This document shows positions 17,671 to 27,488 of a DNA stretch of 32,000 bases, in pieces (positions within the stretch are counted from its first letter, which is position 1; every line of letters starts with the position of its first letter). The stretch is from assembly GCF_002075285.3 (NCBI RefSeq), contig NZ_CP021983.2, positions 330,001 through 362,000 on the forward strand, given 5' to 3'. The notes below the pieces were generated by a model. The model was not told the DNA's origin, did no database searches, and saw only the letters and a list, made by a program, of their open reading frames with translations. Both the position numbers and the translations under genes were made by a program. Source of the DNA: Halomicronema hongdechloris C2206. Its GTDB lineage: Bacteria; Cyanobacteriota; Cyanobacteriia; Phormidesmidales; Phormidesmidaceae.

Positions 17671-20070
17671 ATGTCATTATGGGATGCCCTGATCAAATAT
17701 CCTCTGGGACACCTGATTGAGCGCATGGGGCCGACTAAACTCCATCATGCCGCCGAGAATCACATGCGTCGCGTCACTCAGGCGAGTGCTTCCACCCCAC
17801 CCGCCTCTCATCATGCCCGACGACGGCGACGCTCCCCTCACCCTCCGCAGCGACGTCCTCTATATCGGCGTCCTCTATTTTGGGGGGTGTTATTAGTCGC
17901 GGCAGGCGTCGCCGGGGGAACAACCCGAGCCTATCGTTTCTGGGTCGCTGCCAACGCCACCCTGCCCGATGATATTTCCCGAGTGCTGACCTACCAACGG
18001 GGCGGCACCCTCACCATTGAGGCATCGGATGGCCGTATTTTGCAGAAGTTGGGACCGGCCACCCGAGAGAATATCCAATACGAACAGCTGCCGACTAATT
18101 TAGTGCAGGCCTTCATCGCCTCCGAAGATCGCCGCTTTTACGCCCACAATGGCATTGACTTCCAAGCCATCGCCCGGGCAGCTATGGCCAACCTGCGCCA
18201 GCGGGAAGTCGTTGAGGGGGCTAGCACCATCACCCAACAGCTGGCCCGCATCGTCTTTCTGAATCAGGAACTGACCTTCCAACGCAAGGTACGGGAGGCA
18301 CTACTGGCGCTGAAGCTAGAGCAAAATCTCAGCAAGCAGCAAATTCTCGAACGTTACCTCAACCTGGTCTATCTCGGCTCCGGGGCCTACGGAGTTGCCG
18401 ATGCCGCTTGGGTCTATTTTGGCAAAACGGTCGATCAGCTGACGGTGGCTGAGTCGGCACTGATTGCCGGTATGGCGCCAGCTCCCAGCCTCTACTCGCC
18501 TTTGAGTCAACCGGAAGCTGCTCGCCGCCAGCGCAATCGAGTCATTCGCCGCATGCAGGAAATTGGTGCCATTTCTGACCTAGAAGCCGAGGCGGCTCTT
18601 GCTACCGCTGTTACCACAACTCCCAATCAACCCAAGTATCTCTACAGCGAATTTCCCTATTTCACCATCCATGTTCAAAACCAGTTGGCTCAAATACTCA
18701 GCCCCGAGCAACTAGAAGCGGGCGGATTGGTGGTCGAAACCACGCTGAATATCGATTGGCAGCGCCAAGCTGAATCAGCTGTCACAACGGCCCTAGAACG
18801 GCTCGGGCCGCGGCAGCGATTTCGTCAGGGAGCCCTGGTCGCGATTGATCCCCGCAGTGGTGAAATCAAAGCCATGGTTGGGGGAACTGATTTTGACGAA
18901 AGCCAGTTTAACCGGGTTACTCAGGCACAACGGCAACCAGGCTCTACGTTCAAAACCTTTGTTTACACCACAGCGATTGCGGCTGGCTTTTCTCCGTATA
19001 AGCCCTATGTTGATGCCAAATTTGTAGTCGATGGCTATGAACCCAAGAACTATTCTGGAGACTACAGGGGAACCGTTCCGTTGCGGGACGCGCTGGCATC
19101 CTCTATCAATATCGTGGCAGTTAAGCTGCTGCTCGACGTAGGGTTCGATCCAGTCATCCAGATGGCCCAACGTATGGGGATTGAATCGGAACTACTGCCG
19201 ACCTATTCCCTTAGCCTTGGGGCCTCGGAGGTGACTCTGCTGGAACTGACAAGCGCCTATGGCACCCTGGCTAATCAGGGCAAGCATATGCCTACCCACG
19301 CCATTCGACGGGTGTTGAACAGCCAGGGAGAGGTTCTCTACGAGTCAGGGGTTGAGCCTCAGCAGGCAGTAGATGCTGACACTGCTGCCATCATGACTTG
19401 GATGTTACAAAGAGGTGGTGCGAGGCGGGCCACAGGTGGTAATGCAACCTTGGTCGTCCCGTGGCAGGTAAGACGGGCACATCCGAAAAAATCGGGATCT
19501 GTGGTTTGTTGGTTATATTCCCAGTTGGTAGCCGGGGTGTGGTTGGGGAATGACAATAACCAACCCGACTTGGGGGGCGAGTAAGTTCTGCTGCCTATAC
19601 CTGGCGCCTGTTTATGGAGGAGCTGGTCGAGTCTTTTGAAGAGGAGCATTTCCTGATCTGCCTAATCTTTCCAACCGCAAGGGCACCATCGAAGCGGAAC
19701 CGGTCAAGCCTAAGCGGGTACGGGCGGCTAAACCCAACCGTGGTGAGGAGAATGAAGGCACCAATAGGCAGGAGGCCCCGGCTGCTGCCCCCCCGCAGAC
19801 GAAGACAACGAAGGTACCGGGTCTGGAGAATCGGAACAACCTGCCAGGGAAGCCACTAATCAGGAGCAGGGTGAAGGTGGGGCTGCCGATGAAACGGCTG
19901 ATCCATCGGTAAGCCCGTCTCCGGCTGGTTCGGAGCAGCCAGTTGATGATGGCGGCAGTGCGCCTCCGGCTCCGGCTCCGGCTCCAGCTCCGGCTCCAGC
20001 CCCAACGTCTCCTCCGGCTGGTGATGCCACCTCGAGTGGCAGTTCCCCTGCGGGTGATGGGGAGGGATAA
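17671..20070 (+). pseudogene. Class A (bifunctional transglycosylase/transpeptidase) penicillin-binding protein, interrupted by about 9 single-base frameshifts between 19409 and 19849
   Basis: Glycosyltransferase motifs are present (EDRRFYAHNGID, GASTITQQLAR, RKVREALLALKLE). Transpeptidase motifs STFK (PGSTFKTFVY) and SxN (SSIN) are in the main frame. The KTG motif (GRPVAGKTGTSEKNRDLWFVGYIP) and the rest of the C-terminus can only be read by hopping frames. The last segment returns to the initial frame and stops at 20068-20070. The intact ORF as computed is 17671..19584. Confidence 0.85.
19962..20003 (+). repeat. Hexanucleotide coding repeat, (GGCTCC)-like x7, encoding (PA)n
   Basis: gcctcc ggctcc ggctcc ggctcc agctcc ggctcc agcccc, read directly. 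It translates as APPAPAPAPAPAPAP in the reconstructed PBP tail frame. Confidence 0.8.
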
Positions 20071-20117
20071 CCAGAGATTCGATATAATCTGAGAGCTGTT
20101 ATCGGAGAAAGGAACTG

Positions 20118-20321
20118 ATGGGTTTTTGCTTGGGTGCAACCACCGGTGAAGCTGGATTTCCTATCGCGTTTACAGCGGTGTATGTAGTGGGGTTCATTGC
20201 TGCCGTAGTGATTGGCTCCATTGCCTGGTACAACTCCAAGCGACCGGCCGGTTGGGAAGGCAAGGATCGTCCTGATTTCATTCCTGATATCGAAAAAGAC
20301 AATGCCGAAAAAGAGTCTTGA
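20118..20321 (+). CDS. Small single-pass membrane protein, function unknown
   Basis: The ATG is preceded by GGAGAAAGG. It is 67 aa with one TM helix (FPIAFTAVYVVGFIAAVVIGSIAWY) and a charged tail. Confidence 0.5.
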   Translation: MGFCLGATTGEAGFPIAFTAVYVVGFIAAVVIGSIAWYNSKRPAGWEGKDRPDFIPDIEKDNAEKES

Positions 20322-20394
20322 GGACCAGAAGGTGAGTCTTATTGGTATGCCCTCGATTGATTCTCCTGCATCCTTGGACCGTATAGGGGGCCTA

Positions 20395-20817
20395 TCAGGG
20401 CTGTTGTTGTAGCCAGCCTTGGTAAAGTCGGCGTAGCGCGCGGATGACTTGCGAGTGCAAGTGGTGGCCATTGGTGGAGGTGGGCTGTAAGTTTTGTAGG
20501 CGATTCAATAGAGTGGCTTCTTCTGCAGCGACTTCTCCATCGCTGTAGATCAGCCCGCTGATGGCTTCAATCAGAGCCTCACAGTCTTGAGGGGTGGGAG
20601 TATCCCCCAGATAGTCTCGAATCCACTGATAACACTGCTCTGGGTTAACGGCGACGAGTTCTTTGAGCAGGGGCCGTACCATGGGATGCTGCTCTAAGTG
20701 GTAGCGTGCTGCCAGCTGATGCAAGTACTGCCGTTCTTCAGACTGAACAGCGCCGTCGATCCAAGCAACGCCGATAAGGATGCGCAGGAGTTGTGGAGTA
20801 TGGGTAGCCGTTGACAT
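20395..20817 (-). CDS. TerB-family (tellurite-resistance-like) protein
   Basis: 140 aa. ILIGVAWIDGAVQSEERQYL and LIYSDGEVAAEEATLLNRL form the paired D-G-x-x-x-x-E-E helices typical of TerB-like domains. Confidence 0.55.
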   Translation of the reverse strand: MSTATHTPQLLRILIGVAWIDGAVQSEERQYLHQLAARYHLEQHPMVRPLLKELVAVNPEQCYQWIRDYLGDTPTPQDCEALIEAISGLIYSDGEVAAEEATLLNRLQNLQPTSTNGHHLHSQVIRALRRLYQGWLQQQP

Positions 20818-20922
20818 GGCTGGGAAGAGAGATGGGCTACGGTCGCGATAGGGTTATCCTAGCGTCTGTTGCTGCAGCTGGCGGATTCTCGTGACATATT
20901 GCAAGCCTGGGGCCACCCTGGC

Positions 20923-21735
20923 TTAAGGCGGTGGAGCCTGTTGCTGTTGGCTACGAAAGCGCAGATATTCCGCGATGGCGGCAATCAAACCGGAGGCCAA
21001 GATCAAGAGGACGCTGAGGGCATTGATGTCGGGTTTGACGCCGGTGCGGACTCGGCTAAAGATCTCTAGGGGCAAGGGATTGGCTCCGCCCCCGGCGGTG
21101 AAGCTGGAAATGAGCAGGTCGTCCATGCTGAGGACGAAGGCCAGCAGGCATCCGGAAATAATGCCAGGGGTCAGTTGCGGCAGTAGTACCTTGAGCAGGG
21201 CTTGGGCTGGGGTTGCCCCCAGGTCGAGGGCTGCTTCTTCTAAGTGGGGATTGAGGCCCTGCAGACGACTGGAGACAACCACGGCAATATAGGCCAGGCA
21301 GAACACCATATGGGCGGCAATGATGGTCCAAATACTCAGGGGAATGGCCAGAGAAGCTAGAAATACCAGGGTGGCAACGGCAATGGCGATGTCGGGCACA
21401 ATCAAGGGCAGGTAGGAAATGCCTCGGTAGAGGGCTTTGCCAGGGAAATAATATTTGCTCAGACCAATGGCCATGAGGGTACCTAGAACGGCAGAGATGC
21501 CGACGGCCCCGGTGGCGACGATGAGGCTGTCTTGCAGGGCCGAGAAGATGCGGGCATCGTCGAATAGCAAGCGGTACCAGCGCCAGCTCAGGCCCTGCCA
21601 ACTAGCACTGTAACGAGAGTCGTTGAGGCTATAGACGGCTAGCACCAAGATTGGCAGGTACATGCCCCCGAACATGAGCAAGGCAAATAGGCCGAGCCAG
21701 GGAATGCGGTGGCGTAGGCAGGAGAGAGACGGCAT
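20923..21735 (-). CDS. potC: Spermidine/putrescine-type ABC transporter permease
   Basis: 270-aa polytopic protein with the EAA loop EEAALDLGATPAQALLKVLLPQLTPGI. It is the last gene of the potA-D-B-C cluster. Confidence 0.8.
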   Translation of the reverse strand: MPSLSCLRHRIPWLGLFALLMFGGMYLPILVLAVYSLNDSRYSASWQGLSWRWYRLLFDDARIFSALQDSLIVATGAVGISAVLGTLMAIGLSKYYFPGKALYRGISYLPLIVPDIAIAVATLVFLASLAIPLSIWTIIAAHMVFCLAYIAVVVSSRLQGLNPHLEEAALDLGATPAQALLKVLLPQLTPGIISGCLLAFVLSMDDLLISSFTAGGGANPLPLEIFSRVRTGVKPDINALSVLLILASGLIAAIAEYLRFRSQQQQAPPP

Positions 21736-21856
21736 AGATAGGTAGATTTCAGGCTAGTAAACGGCGGCATAAATTTGACTCCCGTAGCCGGGGAGCTGGT
21801 GGAATAGGGTGCTGGGGGCTAAGAGTCTGCACCTGTCATCCTTGCCTGGGGCAGAG

Positions 21857-22678
21857 CTAGGTTTCGGAGACTGAAGATCGATCGCCGTAGCGCAGCAATA
21901 ATGCGATCGCAACACTGACGGCCAGAATCATGACCATGCTCAGGGCCGAGCCAAAGCCCCAATTGCGGGTCGGTCCTAGAAACTGGTTATAGATCAAACG
22001 GGCGATATTCATGCTAGAGGCTCCCCCCAGCAGCGTCGGCACCACGAAATCGCCGACGCTGGTGATGAACACCAGCAGACAGCCAGCGGCGATGCCAGCC
22101 AGAGTCTGGGGCACCGTCACCTGCCAGAACCCCTGCAGAGGGGTGGCCCCTAGATCCGCGGCGGCTTCCAATAGCCGGGTATCCAGCTTCTCCAGAGATG
22201 CGTAGAGAATGAGCACCATATAGGGCAGAAAGCTGTAGCTCAGGCCAATGAAGACCGCCGCCGTCGTATGTAGCCAGGCCTGGGTGGGCAACCCCAGATG
22301 CGCCAACACTAGGTTCAACAGTCCCGTGGGGCGCAAAATGCTGATCCAAGCATAGGCTCGCAGCAGAGAGGAGGTCCACAGGGGCAACACAAAGGCCACT
22401 AGCAGCAGATTGCGCCAGCGGCGCGGGGCCTTCAGGGCTAGCCAATAGGCCACCGGGAAGCCCAAGAGGAGACAGATCGAGGTGGTACCGGCAGCGAAAT
22501 ACAAGGAGCGGGCGATCACCCGCAGGTACACCGGCTGCAGAATCTGCAGGTAGTTATCCAGGCCATAGCCCGCCGCCGGCTCCCCTGGCCGCAACCCTGG
22601 CACCAGGCTGATATCCAGAATCAACAGGGTGGGTATCACCAGCAGTAGTCCTAGCCAGAGGCCGGCGGGGCCTAACAA
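21857..22678 (-). CDS. potB: Spermidine/putrescine-type ABC transporter permease (5' end uncertain, see findings)
   Basis: It has the EAA loop LEAAADLGATPLQGFWQVTVPQTLAGI. The listed start is a TTG. The in-frame upstream stretch (…RGSIWLRQRLRRLLGPIA) has no ATG or GTG. An SD+ATG at 22781 is out of frame by one base across a G7 run. Confidence 0.8.
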   Translation of the reverse strand: MLGPAGLWLGLLLVIPTLLILDISLVPGLRPGEPAAGYGLDNYLQILQPVYLRVIARSLYFAAGTTSICLLLGFPVAYWLALKAPRRWRNLLLVAFVLPLWTSSLLRAYAWISILRPTGLLNLVLAHLGLPTQAWLHTTAAVFIGLSYSFLPYMVLILYASLEKLDTRLLEAAADLGATPLQGFWQVTVPQTLAGIAAGCLLVFITSVGDFVVPTLLGGASSMNIARLIYNQFLGPTRNWGFGSALSMVMILAVSVAIALLLRYGDRSSVSET

Positions 22679-22830
22679 GGCAATTGGCCCCAGCAGTCGC
22701 CTCAGGCGCTGCCGCAGCCAGATGCTGCCGCGATGTAGCCCCCCCGGTGCCTTGCTCAGAGACAGGAACTGTCATCGCCATGCATCCTCCCGCACGATTC
22801 CTCTCCCCTTTATTCTCCTTATATTCCCCT

Positions 22831-23994
22831 TTAGGCGCTGGTAATTTCAGTCCAATAGCGGTCGTAGGTCTCGAGCACCTCGTTCGGCAGGGGGGCGATG
22901 CCTTCACACTTGTCTACCACCTCGGCCGGGGGAAATAGGTCTTGATTGTTTTTCAGCTCAGGACTCAACTGATCGTAAGCGCTCTGGTTGGCGGTGGCGA
23001 AAAAGAGCCGCTCCACGGCGTCTTTACACACCTGGGGCTGCAGGATGAAATTAATCCACTCATAGGCGGCATCCACATTGGGGGCCGTGGTGGGAATGGC
23101 CATGGTGTCGGTCCAGACCGAGGAGCCGCTGGCGGGGACGATATATTCGAACCGCTCGTCTTCTAGGGTGGCTGCGATCGCATCGGACGAGTAGCTCATC
23201 ACCATCAATAGATCGCCCCCCAGCAACTCCGTTTCAAAGCCAGAGGTTTTGAAAGAGGCGATGTGGGGTTTTAGTTCCATCAACCGATTAAACGCCGCTT
23301 CCAGCTCCGCCGAATCCGTAGAGTTATAGGAATACCCCAGGGACTTCAGCACCGCACCCAGCGTTTCCCGCACGTCCTCCAGCAACGTCAGCCGTCGAGA
23401 CAGAACATCCTGTTGTTGCCACAGATACTCCCAATCTTGAGGAACCGTTGGCAGGGCCTCCCGGTTGAATAACAGCCCCGTAGTGCCCCAGCAAAAGGGC
23501 ACACTGTAGCGATTGCCGCGGTCATAGACCGGATCTTGCCACTTGGCTAACAGCGCGTTAGTGCCTGCGAGCCGGTCCTGGTCTAAGGCGGTCAGCAACT
23601 CCAGGTTCCGCATCTTGATCACCATGTAATCGGAGGGATAGACGATGCTGTAATTACTGCCGCCTCCTGCTTGCAGCTTGGCCAACATCGCCTCATTGGA
23701 CTCATAAGTATTAACCACCACCTCGATGCCGGTGGCCTCTGTAAACTGGTCCATCAAGGCTTGGTCCGTATAATTGGCCCAGGTATAGACATAGAGCTTG
23801 CCATCGTTACCATTGCCAGTGCCGGTGGGCGTCGCAGAGGGGGGGGCCTCAGACTGCACATTCGTGATGTTCTGCCGACAGTTGGCCAGGGCTAAACTAG
23901 CCACCGTTGCAGCGGATCCGTATAAAAATCGTCGCCGCGTAGTGCTAGACAGCCGGCGAGAACCATGAAAGGAAAGGCGTGGTCTGCGGGGCAT
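22831..23994 (-). CDS. potD: Spermidine/putrescine-type ABC substrate-binding protein with a twin-arginine-like leader
   Basis: The leader is TRRRFLYGSAATVASLALANC. The body (LYVYTWANYTDQALMDQFTEATGIEVVVNTYESNEAMLAKLQAGG..YSIVYPSDYMV) is characteristic of PotD/PotF. Confidence 0.8.
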   Translation of the reverse strand: MPRRPRLSFHGSRRLSSTTRRRFLYGSAATVASLALANCRQNITNVQSEAPPSATPTGTGNGNDGKLYVYTWANYTDQALMDQFTEATGIEVVVNTYESNEAMLAKLQAGGGSNYSIVYPSDYMVIKMRNLELLTALDQDRLAGTNALLAKWQDPVYDRGNRYSVPFCWGTTGLLFNREALPTVPQDWEYLWQQQDVLSRRLTLLEDVRETLGAVLKSLGYSYNSTDSAELEAAFNRLMELKPHIASFKTSGFETELLGGDLLMVMSYSSDAIAATLEDERFEYIVPASGSSVWTDTMAIPTTAPNVDAAYEWINFILQPQVCKDAVERLFFATANQSAYDQLSPELKNNQDLFPPAEVVDKCEGIAPLPNEVLETYDRYWTEITSA

Positions 23995-24104
23995 CGTTAG
24001 TCGCTCCTTGCTGAAACTAGAACGCTGAGACTAGAGCAGATAACTCAATCAGACAAGGCATCAGACAGGTTACGGGGCCGGACATTCGGTCTACACACAA
24101 TCAA

Positions 24105-25238
24105 TCATGTCCCAAGCACCAGGCAGTCTGCCGGAGACCAACGGACATAAACCGGAGTTTGGGGGCGTAACCATCGCCCTGACCGATTTGGCTGCAGTGC
24201 CATCAGCTGCGCGCCATTGGTTAACTGCACGATGCAATGGACATGGGTGCCCAAATACATGACATGACTCACCTGGCCCGGATAGCAGTTATGGTCAGTG
24301 TCAGGGGGCGATGGGCTGAGATGAATATTTTCGGGACGCACACTGAGAAACACAGCGGCCCCCATGGCCGGTAGCGGCACCGACGTGGGTGGGTGCTGAA
24401 CCAGCACCCGCAATCCCTGCTGGGTCAACACCCGCAGATGAGTGCCCTGATGCTGCTGGATCTGCCCTGACAGCAAGTTGGTTTCACCGATAAAATCTGC
24501 CACAAAGGGCGTTTTCGGGTATTCGTAGATCTCACTGGGGCTGCCCACCTGCTCGATCCGGCCCGCTTGCATGACGGCGATGCGGTCTGACAGGGACAGG
24601 GCCTCTTCCTGGTCATGGGTCACCATGATGAAGGTGATGCCCAGGGTCCGCTGCAGATTAGACAGCTCCACCTGCATCTGTTTACGCAACTTCAGATCCA
24701 GGGCCCCCAGGGGTTCATCTAGCAGCATCACTGCCGGCCGATTGACCAAGGCCCTGGCCAGGGCTACCCGCTGTTGCTGGCCCCCCGATAGATAAGACGG
24801 AAACCGCTGGGCGAAGTTCTCCATCTTCACCAGGTGCAGGGCCTGCTGTACCCGTTGGGCCAGCTGGGCCCGCCCCACCCGTTGCAACCGCAACCCAAAG
24901 GCCACGTTATCCCATACCGACAGGTGGTCAAACAGGGCATAGTTCTGAAACACCATATTGACCGGACGCCGGTAGGCTGGCACCCGGCCCATGGGACGCC
25001 CCCGAATGATAATCTCACCGGCAGACGGCACCTCGAAACCGGCAATCATCCGTAATACCGTGGTCTTACCGCAGCCAGACGGTCCCAGAATACTGAAGAA
25101 TTCTCCCTGGTGGATGGCTAAATTGGCTGCCCGCACTGCCGGTTCGCCATCAAAGCTCTTAGACACCTGCCGTAGCTCAACATCCAAAGCGGCTTCTGCC
25201 TGAGCGATCGCAGACGGAGGCAAACTGGTTTGAGCCAT
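24105..25238 (-). CDS. potA: Spermidine/putrescine-type ABC transporter ATP-binding protein
   Basis: It has Walker A (GPSGCGKTT), Q-loop ([12 protein letters not shown]), signature ([15 protein letters not shown]) and Walker B (MLLDEP). A C-terminal TOBE-like regulatory domain is present. Confidence 0.9.
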   Translation of the reverse strand: MAQTSLPPSAIAQAEAALDVELRQVSKSFDGEPAVRAANLAIHQGEFFSILGPSGCGKTTVLRMIAGFEVPSAGEIIIRGRPMGRVPAYRRPVNMVFQNYALFDHLSVWDNVAFGLRLQRVGRAQLAQRVQQALHLVKMENFAQRFPSYLSGGQQQRVALARALVNRPAVMLLDEPLGALDLKLRKQMQVELSNLQRTLGITFIMVTHDQEEALSLSDRIAVMQAGRIEQVGSPSEIYEYPKTPFVADFIGETNLLSGQIQQHQGTHLRVLTQQGLRVLVQHPPTSVPLPAMGAAVFLSVRPENIHLSPSPPDTDHNCYPGQVSHVMYLGTHVHCIVQLTNGAQLMALQPNRSGRWLRPQTPVYVRWSPADCLVLGT

Positions 25239-25365
25239 GGCAGCTGTCTCCTAGAGAAATACCCGGCCCAGGGGCTCAAAGGGGCGAAAATTGGCCATTG
25301 ATTCCCATTGGCGTTGGCCCTATTGTATCCAGCTCTTGCCGTGGCACCAAATGGCTGGAACGGGT

Positions 25366-25512
25366 GAGCAAGTAAGTGGGCGAGTAACGAGTAACGAGTA
25401 ACGAGTAACGAGTAGTGACTTACTTTTCACTCTTCACTCTGCTTCGCACGGGCTAAGCCCTCCGGGCAGGCTACGCCAACGCCCTACACTCTTCACTCTT
25501 CACCCTTCACTT
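25366..25512. repeat. Heptanucleotide tandem-repeat block, (GAGTAAC)n then (TTCACTC)n flanking a GC-rich core
   Basis: GAGTAAC x4 is perfect at 25382-25409, with degenerate flanks. TTCACTC x2 lies at 25426-25439. A 45-nt core containing the hairpin GGGCT-A-AGCCC lies at 25440-25484. TACACTC/TTCACTC/TTCACCC/TTCACTT lie at 25485-25512. Confidence 0.9.
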
Positions 25513-25544
25513 CCCCAGCCGGTGAGGGCGATACACTAAGATGG

Positions 25545-27359
25545 GTGCTGTTTCTTCCTACCCGACTCTGGTTGGCTATGGCTCTGATACCGTTTTCTGC
25601 TCCGGTCTCTACCCGCGACACGACACGTACGGTGGGTCGCGACTATCAAGCCGTGGTGCTAATGGCCATCTTGTCGTTGTTGTTGCTGGGAGGCTTTGGC
25701 AGCCGCCTGGCCTACCTGCAGCTGATGCAAGGAGACGCGAATCGCCAATTGGCGGAGAATAACCGGATTCGGTTGTTGCCAAAGCGGCCAGCCCGGGGGA
25801 GTCTGCTTGACCGCGAGGGGCGACTGCTAGCGGGCAATCGCCTGTCTCACTCGGTGACCCTATGGCCGATTGCGCTACCGAAGTCCCAGTGGCCCGAAGT
25901 TATCCGTCGTCTCTCGACCTTGCTCAATATTCCGACTGAGGACATTCAGACCAAACTGGAGCAAGCCGGCTATTCCTCCCTAGAAGCAGTCTCCATCGCC
26001 CGGGGCATCAGCCCGGCCCAGGCCACGGCTCTGGCCGAATACAGTGCTGAGCTACCAGCTGTACGGCTGGAGGCGGAAGCGGTACGCAGCTATCCCAATG
26101 GCGACCTGGCGGCCCATGTGCTGGGCTATACCGGCGAACTCACCCAGGAAGAGCTGCAAGAGCGCCAGGATGCTGGCTATCGCCTCGGGGATGTAGTGGG
26201 TCGCATGGGAGCTGAGGCTGCCTTCGAGGCCGACCTGCGGGGGGAATGGGGTGGTCAACAAGTCGAAATTGATAGCTCTGGCCGAGTGCTGCGGGTGCTG
26301 GGCGATAAGCCCGCCATCTCCGGGGAGGATGTGCAGCTGACCCTAGATATAGAGATTCAAAAGGTGGCGGAGGCGGCCTTGGGCGATCAAGTTGGGGCCA
26401 TCGTTGCCCTCGACCCTAACAATGGAGCCGTGCTGGCCATGGTCAGCCGTCCCGCCTTCGATCCTAATATTTTCTCCACCCAGATTACTCAGGCCCAGTG
26501 GCAACAGTTGCAGAGTGCCAGTTACCCCTTCCTGAATCGGGCTTTGCGGGCCTATCCACCAGCTAGCACCTTTAAGATCGTGACGACTTCAGCAGCCTTG
26601 GAGTCGGGGCGCTATAGTCCTGGTACCGTGCTGCCCACCTATCCCTATGTGCAGGTGGGCGGAATTCAGTTCTGGGACTGGAATAAGGCAGGCTTCGGAC
26701 CGCTGGGCTTTACCGGGGCCATGGCCATGAGTAGTGATACGTTCTTCTATCAAATTGCCATGGGCATCAAGCGAGCCCCCTTGATTGAATGGACGCGCCG
26801 TTATGGATTCGGTCAGAAAACGGGCATCGAGATCGGGGCCGATGAGAGTGCGGGACTGGTTCCTGACAATGCGTGGAAGATAGAAAACGTCGGCCATGAA
26901 TGGACCATTGGTGACACCATCAACATGTCCATCGGCCAGGGATTTCTGCAGGCAACGCCACTACAGGTGGCAGGCATGTTTGCGATCGCAGCTAATGGCG
27001 GCTATCGGGTCACCCCCCATCTCCTCCACGATCAGGAAGACACCGAAGACTGGCGGGAGCCTATTGGCCTCAGCCCTACCACCATTGACATCTTACAGAA
27101 AGGCCTGCGCCGGGTGATCACCAGCGGCACGGCCCGGGCGCTCAACGATGCCAATCTGCCTCCCATCGCTGGTAAGACTGGCACCGCCGAAGCCCCACCG
27201 GGTAAATCCCATGCCTGGTTTGGCGGCTATATACCCGCCGCCGACCCCGAGATTCTGGTAGTGGCCTTTGCCGAGCATTCCGGTGGCGGCGGTAGTGCCG
27301 TGACCGCGCCCATGGTGAAGCAAGTGCTAGCAGCCTACGTCAACGGCCAATCGCAGTAA
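25545..27359 (+). CDS. mrdA: Penicillin-binding protein 2 (elongation transpeptidase)
   Basis: It has an N-terminal TM anchor and a class B PBP dimerisation region. The motifs are STFK (PPASTFKIVTT), SxD/N (MSSDTFFYQ) and KTGTAE. The start is GTG at 25545 or ATG at 25578. Confidence 0.9.
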   Translation: MLFLPTRLWLAMALIPFSAPVSTRDTTRTVGRDYQAVVLMAILSLLLLGGFGSRLAYLQLMQGDANRQLAENNRIRLLPKRPARGSLLDREGRLLAGNRLSHSVTLWPIALPKSQWPEVIRRLSTLLNIPTEDIQTKLEQAGYSSLEAVSIARGISPAQATALAEYSAELPAVRLEAEAVRSYPNGDLAAHVLGYTGELTQEELQERQDAGYRLGDVVGRMGAEAAFEADLRGEWGGQQVEIDSSGRVLRVLGDKPAISGEDVQLTLDIEIQKVAEAALGDQVGAIVALDPNNGAVLAMVSRPAFDPNIFSTQITQAQWQQLQSASYPFLNRALRAYPPASTFKIVTTSAALESGRYSPGTVLPTYPYVQVGGIQFWDWNKAGFGPLGFTGAMAMSSDTFFYQIAMGIKRAPLIEWTRRYGFGQKTGIEIGADESAGLVPDNAWKIENVGHEWTIGDTINMSIGQGFLQATPLQVAGMFAIAANGGYRVTPHLLHDQEDTEDWREPIGLSPTTIDILQKGLRRVITSGTARALNDANLPPIAGKTGTAEAPPGKSHAWFGGYIPAADPEILVVAFAEHSGGGGSAVTAPMVKQVLAAYVNGQSQ

Positions 27360-27488
27360 GAGGATATTTGGAAAGTACTCTGCGACCTTGCTCCAGACTG
27401 GAGTCTGGCCAACGGAACCATACGCTCTAAAACGCCTGCCTTACAGGCCTTTCAGCCGATTTTCAAATGTCCTCTAAGCCCTGTCGGC

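Noticed and set aside
19612-20471. Minus-strand ORFs of 175 and 203 aa (19612..20139, 19860..20471)
   Set aside because: They are antisense to the reconstructed PBP C-terminal tail and to the SD-preceded small membrane gene. Their products are low-complexity (RRR, GAGAGAG) mirror images of the (PA)n repeat. No motifs are present.
22554-22907. 117-aa minus-strand ORF between potD and potB
   Set aside because: It is not an independent gene. Its 5' half overlaps the potD 3' end out of frame. Its middle part (MAMTVPVSEQGTGG) appears to be the displaced start of potB, upstream of the G7 frameshift.
25382-25512. Possible CRISPR array or minisatellite
   Set aside because: The repeat unit is only 7 nt with no spacers, so it is a tandem heptamer repeat and not a CRISPR. 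No cas genes lie nearby.
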